Assembly (NCBI GenBank): GCA_937976335.1
Contig: CALJRW010000035.1
Span: 308-64,307 of the forward strand
Origin: an uncultured bacterium
Lineage (GTDB): Bacteria > Bdellovibrionota_C > UBA2361 > CALJRW01
Direction of reading: 5' to 3'
Length of the DNA: 64,000 bases
The notes under the pieces were generated by a model. It was given only the letters and a program-made list of their open reading frames with translations, did not search any database and was not told the origin of the DNA. Below are positions 58,087-64,000 of the stretch, piece by piece; position 1 is the stretch's first letter; every line of letters starts with the position of its first letter. Position numbers and translations under genes: made by a program.

Positions 58087-59310
58087 CTAACAATCAACAT
58101 ACTCACCATCAACAAAACAATACCTCATACATCTATTCAATCCATAGCTTGATTCAAATTTCCAAACTATTTCTTTTTTCTGATTAACTTCAAAACATTT
58201 CCCTGCTATATCTTCAGAGATTAATGTATTTCCATTTCTTAACCTCTGAATAGCACCACGAGAAGAACTAAAAAAACTTTTCCCATTTTCGTATACCCAA
58301 ACTAAGTTTTTCTTAACTGGATTAATTTCTAAAACTAAAGATTCTTCAGAATGTTTTTTTCGACCATTATCAAAAATAAGCATGTTACCAGCTCCAGGAT
58401 AACCTTTTGGAATAATTTGAGCATCGTGACCACCACTTATACCACCTTTATAATCACCCGAATATTCCCAAACAATTTTCTTAGAATCTTTGTCAACTAT
58501 AAAAACAGTCCACCAATTTCTAGGTAAAATAATAATATTTCCAGGCTTAAATTCTTTATAACCTTGGTCAAACCATTTATTTTCAGGGATAACTGAAATA
58601 GTATTAACATGGGTCCAATCTCGCATTTGTTTTAACGCTTCTTTGTTACCCTTAAAGTCTCTACACGGCTTAGCTCCACAAGAATTTATATCTAGCGATT
58701 CATGCGCTCTCCAACTCCAAACTACTTCTCCAGAAGGCGTAATTTCTAAAACTTCATCAGAACGTAAAGGCTGAACTCTCCTTTGAACATCGATTATTTT
58801 CTCTTTATATTTTGCAGGAACTAAATCTCTTTTTAGTAACAATGTGTTTCCATTCGAAAACCTTCTTAAGTCATGATGAAGAATATCATCTGCTTCATAT
58901 TTCCAAACTACTTTCTCCTTTTCATCGTATTCATATACCCAAGATCTAAGCTTACTCCACTTTTTCTTAGACATCATACTTTTAGTTCCATGAACTACTA
59001 GAAGATTTCCATTTTTTAGTAAACGAGCTCGAACTGCATCTACATCCCAAGTCTTTTTTACCTCTCCATTACTGTCAATTAAAATTACTTTTTCACTACC
59101 TTCTAAAGGAATAAGAGTATATGCGTTTGAATTTTTTTTATAATTTTCTGCAGTAAAAGTAACTTTACCTAGTTCTTTTTCAATTTTTTTGTGAGGCTTT
59201 TTGCTTTGATTAGAAAACCGTAAATTAGGCAAGTAAATAAAAGCTCCAAAAGCTATAATTACTATTGATAGAATCAATATAATAAACTTATGGAACTTTA
59301 AATTAATCAT
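58087..59310 (-). CDS. Membrane-anchored beta-propeller-like protein (arylsulfotransferase ASST-like candidate)
   Basis: N-terminal TM anchor; repeated beta-strand-rich blocks with conserved His and Trp; assignment tentative. Confidence 0.3.
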   Translation of the reverse strand: MINLKFHKFIILILSIVIIAFGAFIYLPNLRFSNQSKKPHKKIEKELGKVTFTAENYKKNSNAYTLIPLEGSEKVILIDSNGEVKKTWDVDAVRARLLKNGNLLVVHGTKSMMSKKKWSKLRSWVYEYDEKEKVVWKYEADDILHHDLRRFSNGNTLLLKRDLVPAKYKEKIIDVQRRVQPLRSDEVLEITPSGEVVWSWRAHESLDINSCGAKPCRDFKGNKEALKQMRDWTHVNTISVIPENKWFDQGYKEFKPGNIIILPRNWWTVFIVDKDSKKIVWEYSGDYKGGISGGHDAQIIPKGYPGAGNMLIFDNGRKKHSEESLVLEINPVKKNLVWVYENGKSFFSSSRGAIQRLRNGNTLISEDIAGKCFEVNQKKEIVWKFESSYGLNRCMRYCFVDGEYVDC

Positions 59311-59366
59311 AACATTGGATAAAGTAAGCTATATATAGAAAGTCCAAAAAGGAATTTTCCTAATAA

Positions 59367-59454
59367 TTCTTTCTTAAAAAACATTCCCACGTCGCTAAAG
59401 ATTTGGGAGACATGCTGATTTCTTTATAACTTATTGATTTTGTGATAACTATAC
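59367..59454. repeat. Family B small intergenic repeat (copy 2)
   Basis: ttctttcttaaaaaacattcccacgtcgctaaagatttgggagacatgctgatttctttataacttattgattttgtgataactata matches the 50627-50753 element (single core unit). Confidence 0.5.
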
Positions 59455-59525
59455 AAGGAGCTTGTCTGAAAAGTAAATACTCCAGATGCTCCTAAAACTC
59501 CGAGCTTTATGAAAAAAATACTACT

Positions 59526-60554
59526 ATGAAAGCAATATATTTTAATAAACATGGCAAAATCGATGTAGTTAAATATGGAGAAGTATCAGATCCAGAATTA
59601 AAAGAAGGGCATATCATAGTAAAAGTAAAAGCCTGCGCTCTAAACCATCTTGATATATGGGTGAGACGTGGTTGGCCATCCCTAAAACTGAAGATGCCAC
59701 ATATTACTGGAAGCGATATTGCTGGAACAGTTGAAAACAGTGACTGCTCTGAATTTAAATCTGGAGATAAGGTAATAGTTTTTCCAGGAGTTAATACGTA
59801 CGAAGATAAATGGACTAAAGCTGGGCTTGGAAGTGTTAGCCCAGGTTATAGAATCATTGGTGAGCATTTCAAAGGTGGAATGGCTGAGTATATTTCTGTA
59901 CCTAAGCAAAATTTAATTAAGGTTAATTCTAACAAATCATACAAAGAACTTGCAGCTCCAAATTTAGTTGGTCTTACCTCTTGGAGAATGCTCTTTACTC
60001 AAGGTAAACTCAAAAAGGATGAAACAATTTTAATTGTTGGTGCTGGAGGAGGCGTCAATTCGATAAGTATTCAAATTGCAAACGCACTAGGAGCCAGAGT
60101 CATTGCTCTAACTAGCTCAGAGAGCAAGTGTCAAAAAGCAAAAGAAATTGGCGCACATAATGTAATTAACTACAAACTCAAATCAAATTGGCACAAAGAG
60201 GTCTTAGCTATTACAGAAGGACAAGGGGCAGATATAGTAATAGATAATGTTGGAGCTAAAACTCTGCAGAAAAGCATAAAAGCTGTTTCTTTTGGAGGAA
60301 GGATAGTAACTGTTGGCAACACAAGTGGTGAAAAAATTGAAATTGATAATAGAATGATTTTTGGGAAACAAATTTCTATTATTGGCTCTACGATGGGTAG
60401 CAGAAAAGACTTTCAAGAATTTACCACATTCTATTCTTCTCATAAATTAAATCCCATAATTGACCAAACTTTCTCTTTAGAAAAAGGCATCGAGGCTATT
60501 AAATACTTAGAATCTGGCAAACAGTTTGGTAAAGTTATTATAACAAACGATTGA
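59526..60554 (+). CDS. Zinc-binding alcohol dehydrogenase/quinone oxidoreductase (MDR superfamily)
   Basis: GroES-like N-terminus (KVKACALNHLDIWVRRG) and NAD(P)-binding GAGGGVNS motif. Confidence 0.75.
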   Translation: MKAIYFNKHGKIDVVKYGEVSDPELKEGHIIVKVKACALNHLDIWVRRGWPSLKLKMPHITGSDIAGTVENSDCSEFKSGDKVIVFPGVNTYEDKWTKAGLGSVSPGYRIIGEHFKGGMAEYISVPKQNLIKVNSNKSYKELAAPNLVGLTSWRMLFTQGKLKKDETILIVGAGGGVNSISIQIANALGARVIALTSSESKCQKAKEIGAHNVINYKLKSNWHKEVLAITEGQGADIVIDNVGAKTLQKSIKAVSFGGRIVTVGNTSGEKIEIDNRMIFGKQISIIGSTMGSRKDFQEFTTFYSSHKLNPIIDQTFSLEKGIEAIKYLESGKQFGKVIITND

Positions 60555-60609
60555 GAGAAAATTTACTAGAATGTTTTAGAATAGCGATAGCTAAGCTTAT
60601 GAAAAAGCT

Positions 60610-60933
60610 CTATTTAACAATAGTTACTGAAGTAATAGAAGCCTCTCTTTTATCTAATCCAATCTTCCAACTCCCTGACGCAATATTTTTAAAGACAACT
60701 TTCTTATTAATAGATTTTGAATTCAATCCTTTTGAAGATTCATCTAATTTTTTCAAACTAACATTAGAGTCTTGAGACAATTCTATATGAACATCAGCAA
60801 TGCTTTTAACTTCCTTGCTAGCTCGAGTTAAGCCTAAATTGTCAAAGATTGAAAGCTTCTCGCTATGAGCAGCACATACAAAAAAAGTACTTACTAAGAT
60901 AAGAAAAAATATTTTTGCTAGTTTTTCTTTCAT
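60610..60933 (-). CDS. Small secreted protein, unknown function
   Basis: Signal peptide (FFVCAAHS), 107 aa. Confidence 0.3.
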   Translation of the reverse strand: MKEKLAKIFFLILVSTFFVCAAHSEKLSIFDNLGLTRASKEVKSIADVHIELSQDSNVSLKKLDESSKGLNSKSINKKVVFKNIASGSWKIGLDKREASITSVTIVK

Positions 60934-60984
60934 ATTTATTACTCGTATTAAAAACTAAAAACAGAGATACTTACTAAAGATAAA

Positions 60985-62238
60985 TTAAACCTTGGCTATA
61001 TCTCGCCTCAATTGCATACCATCAAACTGTATATGGCTAGCAGCCTTATAAGCAATCCTTCTAGCCTCATCAGTGCCCAGACCTAATCCTACCACACTTA
61101 AAACTCTACCACCATTTGTTTGAATACCTTGATTAGAACTAGATTCTTTAGTTCCAGCATGAAAAATAAAAGAATTAGAAGTTTCCCTAGCAAGCTCAAG
61201 ACCAGAAATATCATCTCCTTTACTAGAGCTTTCAGGATATCCTTTTGAAGCAAGTACTACACACACTGCTGACTCCTCAAGCCATTCAGGCTCCGGTACT
61301 TCTTTATCATCTAACAATGACAGGATAACTTCTAAAAAGTCCGTCTTAAGACATGGTAAAATGACTTGCGTCTCTGGGTCTCCAAGTCGTGCGTTAAACT
61401 CAATAACTTGCAAACCTTTTTTTTCGTCAATAAGAAGTCCTGCATATAAAAATCCTGAAAAATTAATCCCTTTTTCTTTCATCTTATTAAGAACCGGTCT
61501 AATGATAGTATTTAAAATTTCATCATCCTGTTCTTTAGTAATTCTCGGAGTTGGAGAAACACATCCCATACCACCAGTATTTAAACCTGTATCCCCTTCT
61601 CCAATTCTCTTATAATCATGAGCAGGCTGAAGAGGAAAGATTAATTTTCCATTCGTTGCTACTATATACGAAACTTCAGGCCCTTTTAAGAAGTCTTCTG
61701 CAATTACAGTTTTAGATTTAAAAGCAGTAAATAACTTTTCAGCTGCTTCTTTTGCTTCAACTTCTGAACTACAAACAAATACACCTTTGCCTGCAGCTAA
61801 TCCATCCGCTTTTAAAACTATAGGAGCACCATGTTGTTCTATATGAGTTAATAAACTTTGTTTATCTGAAAAAGTTTTAAACCCTGCAGTGGGCACTCCT
61901 GCTTCAATCATTATTTCTTTTGCAAATGATTTAGAAGCTTCAATCATCGCTGCTTCTTTACTCGGACCAAATACTTTCACATTTAATTTTTCTAACTCAT
62001 TAACTATACCTAAGGATAATGGCAATTCTGGACCGATAATAACTAAATCTATATTTTCTCGTTGAACGTAGTCTTTAATAGCCTTTACATCATCAACTTG
62101 AATATCAACATTTGTTCCAAGCTCTTTAGTTCCAGGATTTCCAGGAGCTATATATATTTTATCTGCTAAAGGAGACTTTGAGCATTTCCAAGCTATTGTA
62201 TGCTCTCTTCCACCAGAACCAATAATTAATATTTTCAT
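60985..62238 (-). CDS. purD: Phosphoribosylamine--glycine ligase
   Basis: MKILIIGSGGREH N-terminus and ATP-grasp blocks; 417 aa. Confidence 0.9.
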   Translation of the reverse strand: MKILIIGSGGREHTIAWKCSKSPLADKIYIAPGNPGTKELGTNVDIQVDDVKAIKDYVQRENIDLVIIGPELPLSLGIVNELEKLNVKVFGPSKEAAMIEASKSFAKEIMIEAGVPTAGFKTFSDKQSLLTHIEQHGAPIVLKADGLAAGKGVFVCSSEVEAKEAAEKLFTAFKSKTVIAEDFLKGPEVSYIVATNGKLIFPLQPAHDYKRIGEGDTGLNTGGMGCVSPTPRITKEQDDEILNTIIRPVLNKMKEKGINFSGFLYAGLLIDEKKGLQVIEFNARLGDPETQVILPCLKTDFLEVILSLLDDKEVPEPEWLEESAVCVVLASKGYPESSSKGDDISGLELARETSNSFIFHAGTKESSSNQGIQTNGGRVLSVVGLGLGTDEARRIAYKAASHIQFDGMQLRRDIAKV

Positions 62239-62244
62239 CTTACC

Positions 62245-63831
62245 TTAATGCCTAAAATGTCTATCCTCTGCAAAGTACAGAGCTAAACCTATTTCTTTTG
62301 CCTTTGAAACCACATCAGGATCTTTTATTGAACCTTTAGGTACAATAACTGCAACAACCCCCTCTTCTTTCATTTTTTCAACACAATCAGAAAAAGGGAA
62401 GAAAGCATCAGAAGCAGCAACAGCGCCTTTTGTGTCATGCCCATGCCCTTTGGCTTTCATAAAGGCAACATCTAGTGAATCAATCCTACTCATTTGACCA
62501 GCACCTGCAGCAAGTAGTTTAGAATTTTTAACTAAAGTAATTGCATTTGATTTTACAGCTGAGCAAAGACTCCAAGCTATTTGTAAATCATTTAAACTAG
62601 CGTCCGAAACATTATGCGTTGTCATTAACTTAGCCTCTTCTACCGCGCTAACTCCTCTATCTAATTCTTGAACTAAATATCCAAATTCAACGCTTCTCAA
62701 TTCTGTAGAAAGTCGACTTACAATATCCAGTTCTAAAACTCGAAGATTTTTTTTCTTTGATAAAATTTGAAGTGCTTCTGGCTCATAACTTTCCGCTAAA
62801 ACAAGCTCACAAAAATCCTTTACTATCTCTCTAGCAGTTTCTGCATCAACAATTTTATTTAACGCTATAATACCCCCAAAATGACTTCGAGGATCTGAAG
62901 TTTTAGCAAGACGCAAGGCTTCTACCAAAGTATTTGCACTAGCAGCTCCACAAGGATTTAGATGCTTTACTATAATAGCTCCAGGCTTATCCTTAGGCAT
63001 TGCTCTCACAATTTTTAGCGCAGCGTCAAAATCTAAAAAATTATTATATGAAAGCTCTTTCCCTTGATGTTGAGTAAAATCTTTATATGCTCCAGTAATT
63101 GGTTTATAAAAAGAAGCTTTTTGGTGAGGATTTTCTCCGTATCTTAGATCTTGAGCTTTTTCTAAAACATAACCTTCTACATTTAATCCAGAAGTTTTTT
63201 GATCTTTAATTGCTAAATCAGCATCAAGTTCTAAGGAATCAAAATATTTAGCAATTTGCAAATTGTAATTTGCCAGAGCAGAAAAAACTTTTACAGAAAG
63301 AGATTTTCTAAAATTAAGAGATTCTTCGTCTGAACCTTCACTTAACTCTGAAGCTATAATTTTCTTTGCAACTTCATAATCATCAGGTGAAATTATAGTC
63401 AACACATCAGCAAAATTTTTAGCTGCCGCACGCAACATACAAGGACCACCGATATCAATTAACTCAGCCATCTCTTTAGGTGTTTTTTTTGCTTCTATAT
63501 TTTTTAAAAATGGATATAGGTTCGTTACTACTAAATCTATTAAGGGAAAATCAAGCTCTTTCAGCTCATTGAGGTCTTCTTCTAAATGTCTACGAGCCAA
63601 AATACCTGCATAAATTTTTGGATGTAAGGTCTTTACTCTTCCACCAAGAATCTCTTTTTGATTAGTAAATTCAGACATTTTAATAGACTCTATTCCCTTC
63701 TCAGCTAAAAACTTTGCTGTTCCAGATGTTGTTAAGAGCTTGTAGTCTTTACTAATTAAAAAGTTAGCAAAATCTTCTAAATTTGTTTTATCACTAACAC
63801 TAATGAGGGCATGTTTTGAGTTTATTTTCAT
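62245..63831 (-). CDS. purH: Bifunctional AICAR transformylase / IMP cyclohydrolase
   Basis: MGS-like N-terminus (ALISVSDKTNL), AICARFT core blocks, 528 aa. Confidence 0.9.
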   Translation of the reverse strand: MKINSKHALISVSDKTNLEDFANFLISKDYKLLTTSGTAKFLAEKGIESIKMSEFTNQKEILGGRVKTLHPKIYAGILARRHLEEDLNELKELDFPLIDLVVTNLYPFLKNIEAKKTPKEMAELIDIGGPCMLRAAAKNFADVLTIISPDDYEVAKKIIASELSEGSDEESLNFRKSLSVKVFSALANYNLQIAKYFDSLELDADLAIKDQKTSGLNVEGYVLEKAQDLRYGENPHQKASFYKPITGAYKDFTQHQGKELSYNNFLDFDAALKIVRAMPKDKPGAIIVKHLNPCGAASANTLVEALRLAKTSDPRSHFGGIIALNKIVDAETAREIVKDFCELVLAESYEPEALQILSKKKNLRVLELDIVSRLSTELRSVEFGYLVQELDRGVSAVEEAKLMTTHNVSDASLNDLQIAWSLCSAVKSNAITLVKNSKLLAAGAGQMSRIDSLDVAFMKAKGHGHDTKGAVAASDAFFPFSDCVEKMKEEGVVAVIVPKGSIKDPDVVSKAKEIGLALYFAEDRHFRH

Positions 63832-63880
63832 TGGCTTAATAGTTAAAAATATAAAAGAATTTATTAATGCATAGGATTTT

Positions 63881-64000
63881 ATGGGGATTTTGTCAAACTA
63901 TGAGTCTTTTTCAAGGCAACGATATAAGGAGATTTTACTTTTGCTAACTAGAGAACGAAAAGAAGTAATTCATCTGAAAAGTTTTACTAAATCTAATCTC
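63881..64000 (+). CDS. Possible gene start, partial (runs off the right window edge)
   Basis: ATG at 63881 opens a 40-codon frame to the window end, divergent from purH; no family assignable. Confidence 0.2.
   Translation, partial: MGILSNYESFSRQRYKEILLLLTRERKEVIHLKSFTKSNL

Noticed and set aside
1-64000. tRNA/rRNA genes and CRISPR arrays
   Set aside because: No T-loop-like GGTTCGAATCC/GTTCGATTC contexts with acceptor-stem pairing were seen in intergenic regions, no rRNA-like conserved blocks, and no regularly spaced direct repeats with unique spacers.

Overview
This window is AT-rich (roughly 30-35% GC by eye), densely coded bacterial chromosomal DNA. It reads as Gram-negative: caa3-type cytochrome c oxidase, O-antigen-ligase-like and BamE-like proteins, periplasmic binding proteins. 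The source organism cannot be placed from sequence alone; it may be an Oligoflexia/Bdellovibrionota-like or similarly low-GC proteobacterial lineage. All annotations come from motif-level reading of the supplied six-frame translations, with no database searches, so product names are family-level guesses.

Recognisable housekeeping content, in order:
- a Mur ligase (Mpl-like)
- a 1755-aa tandem-fused double UvrA, translationally coupled to an APH-like kinase
- a sco1-ctaCDEF cytochrome oxidase cluster, with a MntR/DtxR-like regulator upstream
- a class-A PBP-like protein
- nrdAB, where NrdA carries multiple N-terminal ATP-cones
- pdxH and a SURF1-like protein
- a SulP transporter
- a eukaryote-like type II glutamine synthetase
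- trxA, purD and purH

The non-routine content is:
1. a translationally coupled pair of FabH/KAS-III-like proteins, the first lacking the catalytic cysteine (a PqsB/PqsC-like heterodimer architecture), followed by a secreted coiled-coil protein;
2. at least three families of short palindromic, TIR-bearing intergenic repeats (MITE/REP-like) at about 42.2, 48.0, 50.7, 57.2-57.4 and 59.4 kb, with one nested insertion;
3. a low-coding-density islet (30.1-33.4 kb) of three unrelated small secreted proteins plus an ATGA-coupled membrane/soluble protein pair;
4. a long nrdA leader with two NrdR-box-like palindromes 31 bp apart followed by a locally GC-rich, repeat-containing segment;
5. a decayed or ambiguous about 390-bp region (43.14-43.53 kb) with overlapping small ORFs on both strands.

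No tRNA, rRNA, CRISPR array or transposase gene was recognised.
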